This document shows, piece by piece, positions 54,135 to 63,618 of a stretch of 64,000 nt of DNA (its first letter is position 1; each line of letters starts with the position of its first letter). The notes beneath the pieces were generated by a model. The model saw nothing but the letters and a program-made list of their open reading frames with translations. It did no database searches and was not told the origin of the DNA. A program made the translations under genes and the position numbers. Source of the stretch: an uncultured Planctomycetota bacterium (GTDB lineage: Bacteria; Planctomycetota; Planctomycetia; Isosphaerales; Isosphaeraceae); the NCBI GenBank assembly GCA_963845755.1, contig CAWJTV010000003.1, positions 32,001 to 96,000 on the forward strand, given 5' to 3'.

Positions 54135-55514
54135 ATGAACCAAGACCCTGAGAGCCTGCTCGAAGTCAACCGGATCGACGAAGTGCTCGAGGCACCCGAT
54201 CCGCCTCAATCGGTCGTGGTCGTCCAGTATCGCACGTCGCGGTTGCCCTGGGTGTTGTTGATCGGCGCGATCGTGCTCGTCCCGCTCATCTGCGGTGTGA
54301 TTTATTACCGCATCAACGAAGGACTCCGCAACCAGGCCGCGCTGGTCGCCAGGGACATGGTGAAGCAATGGGAGGAGCAGAAGCGCCTCGAAGCCGATGC
54401 GCCGGTTCCGATCCGGACCGGGCTCCCCGTGGCACTGGCCTCGACTTCGGTACCGGCCGCCCCGACTCAAGGAGATGCCGCCCCTGCCCCAGCCTCCGGG
54501 ATAAGGCAGTCGGAATCGGGTAAGCCGAACGGGCAAGACCTCGTGACGAAACCGGTCGAGTCCACGGCCGCGGTGCGTTCGTCGGTTGAAGGGCCCGCAC
54601 CTCCGCCCCCCGGTGCCCCGGCCTCCGGTTCCGAAGCGTCTCCTCCGATGCCCGCCCCGCGTGATGGCGGTCTCGTTGCCGCGGTGAGGGCACCGGGGGA
54701 TGCGGCGCGGTCCCCGTTTGGCGACCTGGGTCCGTCGACCGCGGAGCCGGCCGAGACACCCTTCGGAGCGAACGCTTCCCGGACAGCCGCGACCGCCCGG
54801 CAGTCGCCCGAGACGGCCCATCCGGTCGCGAACCCACCGCCGATCGCCAGCGCCCCGGCCGAGGCCCAGCCGGACGTTGCCACGGCGCCGTCGCCTGACC
54901 CGCCGTCGCCCTTCGCGCCGTCGCCCGACCCGCCGATTGCGGCCCCCACCGAGCCACCTCTGCCTTCCCGAGAGGAGACCGAACGCCAGATCCACGAGGA
55001 AGCCGCACAGAAGGAGGCTGACAGGGTCCGGGAGATCGAGCAGCAAAGGGCCGAAGATCGTCGCTTGCAATACGACGAACGGGCCCGGTTCCACCAGGAG
55101 CTCCGGGAGGCCCTCATCGAAAAAAACCGCAGTCAGGCTGCGATGGCCATCGACCAGCTATGCCAGAAGTTCAACTTCAAATTGAACCCCGTCAACTACG
55201 CGCTGGCGCGGGAGAAGTGGAACTCCGGTGGTTCCCTGGCGGTTCGGGCCAACTTGATCCGCCGGCTCGACCTACCCGAAGCGGTGATCCTCAACTTCCT
55301 CTCCGCCGACCTCGATCCGAAGATCCATACACGGAATGGGCCGCGCGACCGGGATGAGGTTCGTGTGTGGGCGGCCCGGGCGCTCCTCATGAAATGCAAG
55401 TTGCCCTCACCGGAGGAGGCGATGCGCCCGCCGGCCAGGACAGGCCGGAGTGCCCCCCCCGCGAATCGACGGGCCGAGCCCGCGGCGGCGCACGCAACCG
55501 CTCCTCTTCGATGA
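54135..55514 (+). CDS. Membrane-anchored Pro/Ala-rich hypothetical protein
   Basis: One N-terminal TM, long Pro-rich linker, helical C-terminal domain. Confidence 0.75.
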   Translation: MNQDPESLLEVNRIDEVLEAPDPPQSVVVVQYRTSRLPWVLLIGAIVLVPLICGVIYYRINEGLRNQAALVARDMVKQWEEQKRLEADAPVPIRTGLPVALASTSVPAAPTQGDAAPAPASGIRQSESGKPNGQDLVTKPVESTAAVRSSVEGPAPPPPGAPASGSEASPPMPAPRDGGLVAAVRAPGDAARSPFGDLGPSTAEPAETPFGANASRTAATARQSPETAHPVANPPPIASAPAEAQPDVATAPSPDPPSPFAPSPDPPIAAPTEPPLPSREETERQIHEEAAQKEADRVREIEQQRAEDRRLQYDERARFHQELREALIEKNRSQAAMAIDQLCQKFNFKLNPVNYALAREKWNSGGSLAVRANLIRRLDLPEAVILNFLSADLDPKIHTRNGPRDRDEVRVWAARALLMKCKLPSPEEAMRPPARTGRSAPPANRRAEPAAAHATAPLR

Positions 55515-55548
55515 GATCCAACTCCTTTCCTGCTCCCCTTGAGTCGCC

Positions 55549-57054
55549 ATGGATAAGGATATCGAAATGCGCCCTTTCCCGGCCTTCTCGCTCATCATCA
55601 GCCTGGTCCTGTTCACGGCCTCGGTCCGCACGGCGCTCGGCGACGACGCGGCGGACGCGCCCGTCCGTGCCGGTAGCAAACTGCTCGCCGAGGGCGATCG
55701 CCTGGCCGATCAGGGCCAGCTCACCGAGGCCGTCGTTCGCTACAAGCGTGGGTTCGAGCGGATCCTCCCCGCACTGCGCAAGATCCCCTTCCTGCACGAA
55801 GTCAAGCGCGATGTCACCAAGCGCGAGAACCTCAAGGCGCTGGTCATGAAGGAGTTCGAGGAGGACATGACGCCCGAGGAGTTCCGCGCCAACGAGATGG
55901 CCATGAAGGCGTTCGGCCTGCTGCCTCGCCATTTCGACCTCAAGGAGACCCTCGCGCAGGTCTTATCCGAAGAGATCGCGGCGTTTTACGACCCCAAGAC
56001 CAAGACCATGCACCTGATCGAGGAGCCCAAGAAGCCCGAGTCCAGGAAAGCCCCCTCCTTCCTGGAGCGGCTCTTCGGCAAAACCGAAGCGTTCGACAAG
56101 GACGAGAACAAGACGGTCATCGCCCACGAGCTGACGCATGCGCTGGCCGACCAGCACTATGACCTCGATGCCCTGGACAAGTCCGTCAAGAAGGATGATG
56201 ACCGTTCCCTGGCGCTCTCCGCGCTGATCGAGGGCGAAGCAACCCTGACCATGTTGGGGGCGGGCATGGAAGACTGGGAAGGCAGAGAGATCGTGAAAAT
56301 GCCCGCCGAGAGCCTGGACTGGACGTTCAGCCTGGTGTCCTCTTTCCTTCCCATGCTGGGCGGCGGCAAGAGCCTGCGCCAGGCCCCGCCGATCATCTCG
56401 GAATCGATGTTGTTTCCCTACATGAAAGGCGTGGTCTTCTGCGCGAAGCTGGCCAACGACGGCGGCTGGAAGGCGATCGATGACGCCTATCGCAACTTGC
56501 CCCTCTCGACCGAGCAGATCCTCCACCCCGAGAAGTACCTGGCCCGGCCCGATCGGCCCATGTCGATCGATCTGGGGACCTTGAAGCCGGGCGCGGGCTG
56601 GAAGGAAGTGGGCCGCAACGTGCTGGGCGAGATGCAACTTCAGGTGCTCCTCCGCAAGCACGGCGGCAAATCGGCCGCGGCCGGCTGGGACGGCGACCGT
56701 TACGCCGTCTTCGAAGGGCCGAAAGACCGGCTGGGCCTCGTCTGGCTGTCAACCTGGGACAGCGAAGAGGACGCGCGGGAGTTTACCGCGGCCTACATCC
56801 GATACCAGACCTCCCGGGTCAACGACTTGCCGCGCCCTCGCCGAGGTACCCACGACACGATCTGGCGGAACGCCGGCGACCAGTTCTATGTCGTCCAGCG
56901 CCGCGGCATGGACGTCGCGGTCGTCGAGGGCTTCTCCGCCGAGACGACCCCCACGCTCCTCGAAGCCGCATTCCACGCCGGGAAGGTCGAGATGAAGCCG
57001 GATACGCAGGCGTTAACTCGCCCCAAGGCGGCTACTGCCGAGAGTCCTCGATGA
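55549..57054 (+). CDS. Secreted HExxH (zincin-like) protein
   Basis: Signal peptide; AAFYDP, IAHELTHAL, ALIEGEA, PLSTEQILHPEKY, AAGWDGD. Confidence 0.8.
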   Translation: MDKDIEMRPFPAFSLIISLVLFTASVRTALGDDAADAPVRAGSKLLAEGDRLADQGQLTEAVVRYKRGFERILPALRKIPFLHEVKRDVTKRENLKALVMKEFEEDMTPEEFRANEMAMKAFGLLPRHFDLKETLAQVLSEEIAAFYDPKTKTMHLIEEPKKPESRKAPSFLERLFGKTEAFDKDENKTVIAHELTHALADQHYDLDALDKSVKKDDDRSLALSALIEGEATLTMLGAGMEDWEGREIVKMPAESLDWTFSLVSSFLPMLGGGKSLRQAPPIISESMLFPYMKGVVFCAKLANDGGWKAIDDAYRNLPLSTEQILHPEKYLARPDRPMSIDLGTLKPGAGWKEVGRNVLGEMQLQVLLRKHGGKSAAAGWDGDRYAVFEGPKDRLGLVWLSTWDSEEDAREFTAAYIRYQTSRVNDLPRPRRGTHDTIWRNAGDQFYVVQRRGMDVAVVEGFSAETTPTLLEAAFHAGKVEMKPDTQALTRPKAATAESPR

Positions 57055-58231
57055 GGATCGTCCGTCTCGAGCTCTACCACGTGGCGGTCCCCTTGAAGAA
57101 AGTGGTGAAGCACGCCTCGTTCGAGCGATCGGTCAGCGAGAACTTGGTGGTGCGGCTCGAGCTGGCCGACGGCCACGTCGGCTACGGGGAGGGAGTCCCT
57201 CGGCCCTATGTAACGGGTGAGACGGTGGCGTCCACGTTCGGCGTCTTGTCGGCGCACGACTGGGCGGGTGCGATCGGTCAACCGGTCGATTTTCGACAGG
57301 TGGTGGAGCGGCTCGAGGCGCTGCGGCTCCCGGAGTCCGAATCGGATCCGCGGGGCATGGCGGGCAATGCCGCGCATTGCGCCCTGGAGCTGGCGGTGCT
57401 GGACGCGTTCGGCCGGCGGTTCGGCGAGCCGGCGGGCCGGGCGGTCGAGCTGGCCACGGTTGAAGGACTTGAGCGGTTCTCGGCACCCCAACGCGTGCGG
57501 TACAGCGGGGCCATCACGGCCGAGTCCACCTTCGGCGAGTGGCGAACGGCCGTGAAGATTCGGATCTACGGCTTCCACCAGGTGAAGGTGAAGGTGGGTA
57601 GCCGGGGACAGGATGATCCGCGACGGCTCCGCGCTTCGAGGCGAATCCTCGGCCGCCGGATGGATATCCGGCTCGATGCCAACGAGGCATGGACCGCGTC
57701 CGAGCTAGTCGAGCGCATCGAACCCTTGAAGCGTTTCGCGCCACCGCGCTGGAGCAGCCTGTCGCCCATGCGGAGATTGATCGTCTCGCCGAGTTGCGCA
57801 GCCGCCTGGGAATCCCCGTGATGCTGGATGAATCACTCTGCGGCTTCCCCGACGCCGAGGCCTCGGTCGCGCGGAAGACGGCAGACCTGTTCAATGTCCG
57901 GCTGTCCAAGTGCGGTGGCATCTTGCCCTCGCTCCGGATCATCGCCCTGGCCCGGCGCTCGGGCCTTGGCGTGCAGCTTGGCTGTCACCCGGGCGAGACG
58001 GCGTTGCTCTCGGCCGCAGGGCGGCACGTTGCCAGCCGGGTGGCCGGCCTGCGCTATGTCGAGGGCTCCTACGATCGCCACATCCTCGCGGCGAATCTCT
58101 CCCGGCAGGATCTCACGTTCAGCTATGGCGGCTGGGCGCAACCGCTGAAGGGCCCGGGGCTCGGCGTCGCGGTCGATGCGGCCGCTCTTGAGGCGATGAC
58201 CGTCGATCACCGGGAGATTCGGTATGACTGA
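57051..58231 (+). CDS. Enolase superfamily (dipeptide epimerase/muconate cycloisomerase-like) enzyme (frameshift near 57740)
   Basis: GYGEGVP, KVKVG, RLDANEAW, LEQP, MLDES, RLSKCGG, GPGLGV. Confidence 0.9.
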
Positions 58232-59072
58232 GCCGGTCTGCGACGTCCGGACTCTTACCGCCTCCGATGGTTATCCCTTGCACGTCGCGATCTGGCCGAC
58301 GACCCGGCCCGCACGGGGTCAGGTCGTTGTCATCCATGGTGTCCAGAGCCACTCCGGCTGGTATCACCGACTCGGGCAGAACCTGGCGACTTCCGGTTAC
58401 TTCGCCGCGTTCCCCGATCGCCGCGGATCGGGAGCCAACACTCGAGATCGGGGCCACACGCGATCGGCCAGCCGTTTGATCAACGATCTCGTCGAGTGGC
58501 TCCGGGTCCTGCGCGCCGACCAGCCGACGGTCCCCATCGCGCTGGCTGGGATCAGTTGGGGCGGCAAGCTCGCAACGATTGTGGCGGCCCGGCACCCGGA
58601 GCTGGTCAACGCCATCGCCTTGATCTGCCCTGGCCTGCACCCTCGGGTCGGGGTTTCCCGCAAGGAGCGGCTCCAGATCGCGTGGGCTTTCTTCACGAAC
58701 CGGCGCAAGACCTTCCCGATCCCCCTGTCCGGCCCGGCGCTGTTCACGGCCAGTCCGGAGGGTCAGTCCTTCATCGCCGCCGACCCGCTCAGCCTCCGCG
58801 AGGGGACCGCCGGCTTGCTGGCCGCCAGTTTTATCATCGATCGCCTGGTGAGTCGTTCCGCGTCGCGGATCCGTCAGCCGGCGCTGTTGATGCTGGCAGG
58901 CCGGGATCGGATCGTCGATAATGAAAGGACTCTGGACTACTTCCACAAGCTGGCCTCAGCGGACCGACAGGTCATCGAATACCCCGAGGGGCATCATACC
59001 CTGGAATTCGAACCTGACCCGTCGCAATACGCTCTAGATCTTGTCGCCTGGCTCGACCGACACTTCGCGTAG
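58224..59072 (+). CDS. Lysophospholipase-like alpha/beta hydrolase
   Basis: IHGVQSH, DRRGSG, GISWGG, DRIVD, HHTLEFE. Confidence 0.92.
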   Translation: MTEPVCDVRTLTASDGYPLHVAIWPTTRPARGQVVVIHGVQSHSGWYHRLGQNLATSGYFAAFPDRRGSGANTRDRGHTRSASRLINDLVEWLRVLRADQPTVPIALAGISWGGKLATIVAARHPELVNAIALICPGLHPRVGVSRKERLQIAWAFFTNRRKTFPIPLSGPALFTASPEGQSFIAADPLSLREGTAGLLAASFIIDRLVSRSASRIRQPALLMLAGRDRIVDNERTLDYFHKLASADRQVIEYPEGHHTLEFEPDPSQYALDLVAWLDRHFA

Positions 59073-59100
59073 AGCCACCGGCGAACCGGAGGCTTGGACC

Positions 59101-59298
59101 ATGGAACCCACCAAGCGTGAGCAGCGCCAGAACAAACGGGACATCAAGCGCGCCGGCACCCAACGTCGGCGCAGGCAATGGAAGCGCGACCTGCGCGAGA
59201 ACCCCGAAGAGGCCCCTTACTCCGAGGAAGACTTCGGCCGCTATTCCACCGCCGAGCTCAACGGGTTGGACCACGACAAGACGCGGTGGCGCGGATGA
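59101..59298 (+). CDS. Small basic hypothetical protein
   Basis: GGAGG SD before ATG 59101; KRDIKRAGTQRRRRQWKRDLRENPE. Confidence 0.7.
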   Translation: MEPTKREQRQNKRDIKRAGTQRRRRQWKRDLRENPEEAPYSEEDFGRYSTAELNGLDHDKTRWRG

Positions 59299-59347
59299 TC
59301 GTGGTCGCATTGCGCAGCCATCGGCGCAAGGCCGGCACTCCTCGGCG

Positions 59348-59902
59348 CTAGTCGAAGAACCCGCGATACCAGTCGGTCAGGAACAGTCTGAGAGACTTGT
59401 AGATGCGGAAACGCGTGTTTCCACCATCAATCGTCAGTTGGAGATCGTTTTCGACCAGGGCCATCAGGCCAAGCAAAGGCAGGCGTGGGTCCGGCTTGCC
59501 GATGGGAGTCATGACGCGCACTTGGCGGCTGGATCGCAGGTGAATGGGCGATTTGTTTCGTGACGTGCGCGATCCTGTGTAAGGCGCCCGATGAAGCCAG
59601 AGGTTTGCTCCGCGTAGATCGTACTTCCTTCCATCCTGGGACTTGTTCTCCTCCAACGATTTGAGATGCCCCTTGTGAAGTCCCGCCCAGTGAACCAGAT
59701 GCCACTCATCGATCTCAAGAGTGCGATTGAAGCCGGTATCCAGAATCGCCGGCATTGTGATCACACCTTCGGGAAAGGTCGATTCGCCGATCAGACTCAG
59801 ACTGATCCCAACAATCATCTTGGGCGGACGCACATCGACATGGCCCGATGGGACTTCGATCACCTGACTGCGGATGAATGAACTGCGGAGGATCGTCGTC
59901 AC
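59348..59902 (-). CDS. Retropepsin-like (clan AA) aspartyl protease domain protein
   Basis: PAILDTGF catalytic-type motif and PLLGLMAL. Confidence 0.65.
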   Translation of the reverse strand: MTTILRSSFIRSQVIEVPSGHVDVRPPKMIVGISLSLIGESTFPEGVITMPAILDTGFNRTLEIDEWHLVHWAGLHKGHLKSLEENKSQDGRKYDLRGANLWLHRAPYTGSRTSRNKSPIHLRSSRQVRVMTPIGKPDPRLPLLGLMALVENDLQLTIDGGNTRFRIYKSLRLFLTDWYRGFFD

Positions 59903-60209
59903 GATTGGTCGAACCGGTCGGAAGGATGTCAGCGATCAAGGTCATCGTCGTCGATCTGCAAGGGCGCGATGACGGTAATAAACAGCTCACCACCGTCGGT
60001 GAAGCCTTTCTTCGCAAGCCTCCGTCGAAGCTGGCGGTCGGAGACACCGAATGCGACCAGTTCGTTCCCCCGGTAGGCAACCAACTGCCGGTATCGATTC
60101 TCCGCGAGGAACCGCGGCAGATCGTGCTTGTAGGCTTCGATTCCCCGCTGGATGAGTTCGCGATTCTCTTGTGCAAGAATCCGCTCAACTTCGCCTCGGC
60201 GCTCTCTCA

Positions 60210-61225
60210 GAGGGGATTTGGAAAATTAAGCGGCCTGGGAAATCTCGACCCCCTCATTTTGTGAAACTAGGGAATATTGGTGCGTCGGTTCCAAACGTCG
60301 GAGCATAATATGAATCATTGCCATCTGAATCATAGCCTCACTCGTCTCGGTCAATCCCTCGTAGTCCTTACTCAGTCGGCGATATCGTCCCAGCCAGCCG
60401 AACGTCCGCTCCACCACCCACCGCTTCGGCAGCAGCTTGAACCCTTTGGTATCGTCCGTCCGCTTGATCACCTGCAACTCCCAACCGCATTCGCTCTCGA
60501 CCCAGGCGATCAGCCATCCCTTCTCATAGATGCCATCGGCCCAGATGACCTTCAACCGCGGACAGCGACCCTTGACCTTCTCCAGCACCGGCTTGGCCCC
60601 GTGGTAGTCCTGCACCCCTGCGGACGTCACGACCACCGCGATCAGCAGGCCCAGGGTGTCCACCAAGATATGCCGCTTCCGGCCCTTCACCTTCTTCCCC
60701 GCATCGAAGCCCTGGATCCCGCCCACCTCGGTTGTCTTGACCGACTGGCTGTCCAGGCTGGCTGCCGACGGTTCGGGATCGCGTTCCGACGCCTCCCGTA
60801 CCATCGGCCGCAACGCGTCATGAATCCGCGCGATCGTCCCGGTGCGCCGCCACTGACTGAAGTAGTCGTAGGCGGTCCCGGGCGGGGGAAAGTCATGAGG
60901 CAGCAGGTCCCAGGCACAGCCGGTGCGGAGCACGTAGAGGATGGCGTTGAGGACCTCTCGCATGTCGGTCGTGCGCGGTCGTCCGCCGCCCGGCGGCGGG
61001 GGCAACAGGAGCTGGATGATTTCCCATTGGGCATCGGTGAGGTCGGTCTCGTAGGGGGTTCGCGATTGCGTGGTCGGGGTCCGCGGAGGTCGCTGAGGCT
61101 TGTGGGCTCGTGGCATGGCGTCATCAGAGGAAAAGGATGTCGGAGTTCAAGGAGGCCAACGACCCGTTTCTACGTCAATGCACACCGAAGGTTCGCCTAA
61201 TCCCTGTAAGTTCCCAGATCCCCTC
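60210..61225 (-). mobile_element. IS5-family (IS1031-type) insertion sequence, 1,016 bp
   Basis: IRs GAGGGGATTTGGAAAATTA vs reverse complement GAGGGGATCTGGGAACTTA (16/19); TCA duplicated at 60207-60209 and 61226-61228. Confidence 0.93.
60226..61116 (-). CDS. IS5-family transposase (intact)
   Basis: YETDLTDAQW, LRTGCAWDLLPHDFP, LDSQSVK, GRKRHILVDTLG, WADG, KRWVVERTFGW. Confidence 0.95.
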   Translation of the reverse strand: MPRAHKPQRPPRTPTTQSRTPYETDLTDAQWEIIQLLLPPPPGGGRPRTTDMREVLNAILYVLRTGCAWDLLPHDFPPPGTAYDYFSQWRRTGTIARIHDALRPMVREASERDPEPSAASLDSQSVKTTEVGGIQGFDAGKKVKGRKRHILVDTLGLLIAVVVTSAGVQDYHGAKPVLEKVKGRCPRLKVIWADGIYEKGWLIAWVESECGWELQVIKRTDDTKGFKLLPKRWVVERTFGWLGRYRRLSKDYEGLTETSEAMIQMAMIHIMLRRLEPTHQYSLVSQNEGVEISQAA

Positions 61226-61429
61226 TCAGTATTCGAGCCAGCTCGGGATCATACTTGTAATCAGCATAGTAGCCGGGTGGAATGGAGTCTGCGTCTCCGA
61301 TCTCTGCGGCCATTTTCGGGGAATCGGTTGCCATGACGCCCTCCTCATCGATTGCTGTCCCCCACTGGCATCGATTCTAACGCGCTCCGCCGGAATCGCC
61401 AACTCGCAAGGCGGAGCGTCCGCGTGAGC

Positions 61430-61960
61430 TCAACGGGCGGCCAATTGTTGAGACAAAGTGCGGAAGGACACGATCCGCGCGGCCGGGACGTGAGGGAAAC
61501 CCTCCCAGAGGAAGGCCTTGAAAGCGGCATCGCCTCGGTGATCGAAGAACTGGAACGAGTGCGTCGCGTTGTCGCTGTCGTGCCCGCGCTTCTCGACGGC
61601 ATAGATTGTGGCGATCTCCTCGTGGAGGATGTGCATGTCGAGAGTGTCCGTCTGGACGTTGAAAAAAGGCCCCGTCTCGGAGAATCCGCCGAAGACCCCG
61701 ACGGCCTCGATCACCGCGGCCCGGCTGCGGACGAAAACCCGCATCGTTCCCAGTCCGGGCAGCGCCTCCATCAGCTCGCGGAAGCAATCGTCGCGCAGGG
61801 GGACGATCGGCCATTGCCCGATCAAGGTCGCCACGACGACCTGCTCGGGAACCTCGAACTTGCGGGCCGCCATCATCGTCATCCGCGAGGAATCCTCGCG
61901 GAACCAGGCCCGAACGGCTTCGATGCGATCCGCGTCGAGGACGGAAGGGGCAACATCCAT
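61430..61960 (-). CDS. hutX: HutX/ChuX family haem-utilisation carrier protein
   Basis: AARKFEVPEQVVV, VIEAVG, FFNV..MHI, HSFQFFDHRGDAAFKAFL. Confidence 0.75.
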   Translation of the reverse strand: MDVAPSVLDADRIEAVRAWFREDSSRMTMMAARKFEVPEQVVVATLIGQWPIVPLRDDCFRELMEALPGLGTMRVFVRSRAAVIEAVGVFGGFSETGPFFNVQTDTLDMHILHEEIATIYAVEKRGHDSDNATHSFQFFDHRGDAAFKAFLWEGFPHVPAARIVSFRTLSQQLAAR

Positions 61961-62069
61961 GAAAGGTACCTCTCTGTGACTTGAGCGTCGTGATGGTTGG
62001 TAGCGACAGCGAAGGACGAAAAGCAAGTGGGTCGGGCTTTCCAGCCGGAGACCCTAGCTCTCCGCTTCC

Positions 62070-63491
62070 TTACGGGGTCATCATCCATTCCGGGAATCGG
62101 GGCAGAGGGATCAGGAGCGCCGGCTGACCATCGAGCCCCGGCTGCATGTAAAGGTCGTACTCGGGGTTCTCGAGCCAGGGATGCTGGACGCGGATGACCT
62201 CGCCATAGCGCGGTCCCCTCTGAGCACGGAATGCCGGTCCGTCGTACTCCCCCTGAATCGGGGGAGGCCACGCCATCGGCGGGTGCCACGGGTCGCCTAC
62301 TCCGCTCCTGAATAGCCCTGGTGATTTCGCCTGGTCCTGCAACCTCTTCAAAGCATCGAACTTCTCTTTCGACGTGTCGAGGAAATCGCCCAAGTCATCC
62401 ATTCGCTTCTTGGACTGGAGGTCCGGGAATGGCAAGGGCGGCCTCACCTCGTTATTCGGCGGCGAGAACATTGGCGGGTTTCGGCGGGGATCGCGATTCG
62501 GAAGGTAGGGCCGCGTCGGGGCTGGGCGGACCGGCGGCCGAACAGGTCGATACACTCCCCCGCGGCTGGCGATCTCGGCTGATGAGCGGGATTTCCCAGC
62601 GCCGAGCGCGTCGGTGATGAGCCTTGCGTAATTCGGACCGCCATCGAGAGACGCGATCCGGGACGCTTTGGGTACTTCCAGAGCAGCCGACGGATTCAGG
62701 CTGTCCGCCATGGCGGCGGCGCTACCGGTGACATCTAGCCCTGCCGACTGCGCGACCTCGGCCCCGGAGAGCGCGCCTTCGGCTGGTCCCACGACCCCGC
62801 CCGACGTGGCCTCCGCGGCGACAGCATCGGCCGCGACCGATGAACCCGCCTCGGCGGCGACACCTCCCGCGACCTCGGCTCCCGCCATGGAGCCGAACAT
62901 TGAGGAAAGGCCGCCCACGGCACCGAAGCCCATCGTGCAGACCGCGATCAGCATCTCGCCTTGCTTCTTGGCCTCGGCCATCCGCTGAGCTAGTTCGGCG
63001 CACATCCGGTCGCGGAACTCACGGTCGTCGCGAGCGTCCTCGGCGTCCCACTCGGCCTTGACCTGCTCATTCTTGAGTTCGTCCCGGTCGATGCGGCCTC
63101 TCAGGCTCCACGACATCTTGTCGAGCCGGTCTCGTAGCAAGAGTGCGGCATCGTCGCGCCGGGTTCGCCGCTCGTCCTTTCGCGCCTGGAACTCCACCTG
63201 CGCATCGCGGCGCCGCGACTCGATCTCGCGCCTCCGCTCCTTGAACGCTTGGTTCGCATCTTCGGCTAGGCGCTGCGCCACTATGGCCTGCTCCTCACTC
63301 TCCCCTTGGATCCGGCTGAGGATCGACTCGGGGATGATGGGGCTGGGAGCGGTCGGAGATTCGTCTGAAATCCCTGGCGGCGGCTTCACGAAGCCTTCTG
63401 GCGGGCCCGCGGACTGGGCACGGGCAGCCGGTAGGGGCAAGACGGCGATGGTCGCGGCCAGGAGAAGGGTGTACCGGCGATGGCCTCTCAT
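62070..63491 (-). CDS. Secreted hypothetical protein (coiled coil, Gly/Ala-rich segment, Pro-rich tail)
   Basis: Signal peptide ending ARA-Q; 473-aa ORF; AGGAG SD. Confidence 0.7.
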   Translation of the reverse strand: MRGHRRYTLLLAATIAVLPLPAARAQSAGPPEGFVKPPPGISDESPTAPSPIIPESILSRIQGESEEQAIVAQRLAEDANQAFKERRREIESRRRDAQVEFQARKDERRTRRDDAALLLRDRLDKMSWSLRGRIDRDELKNEQVKAEWDAEDARDDREFRDRMCAELAQRMAEAKKQGEMLIAVCTMGFGAVGGLSSMFGSMAGAEVAGGVAAEAGSSVAADAVAAEATSGGVVGPAEGALSGAEVAQSAGLDVTGSAAAMADSLNPSAALEVPKASRIASLDGGPNYARLITDALGAGKSRSSAEIASRGGVYRPVRPPVRPAPTRPYLPNRDPRRNPPMFSPPNNEVRPPLPFPDLQSKKRMDDLGDFLDTSKEKFDALKRLQDQAKSPGLFRSGVGDPWHPPMAWPPPIQGEYDGPAFRAQRGPRYGEVIRVQHPWLENPEYDLYMQPGLDGQPALLIPLPRFPEWMMTP

Positions 63492-63562
63492 CTTTGACTC
63501 AGCTCCTCGGTGGCTTGAATATCCGTGTGGTCATCTCGGCGCCTGAACTTTGGACGATGAAG

Positions 63563-63596
63563 GCGGCACGGGTGACGGTTTGTCACCCGCGCCACC
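63563..63596 (-). terminator. Intergenic hairpin
   Basis: GGCGGCACGGGTGAC..GTCACCCGCGCCACC stem between two minus-strand genes. Confidence 0.45.
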
Positions 63597-63618
63597 CGAT
63601 CGATCGCCGGAGCATCAC

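Larger units (their letters stand above)
59929..61334 (-). pseudogene. 128-aa small protein (DUF5678-like) interrupted by IS5
   Basis: GAGGAGG SD and ATG 61334; removing the IS and one TCA restores an in-frame 387-bp ORF (MATDSPK..ELARILRERRGEVE..QLVAYRGNELV..DDDDLDR). Confidence 0.85.
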
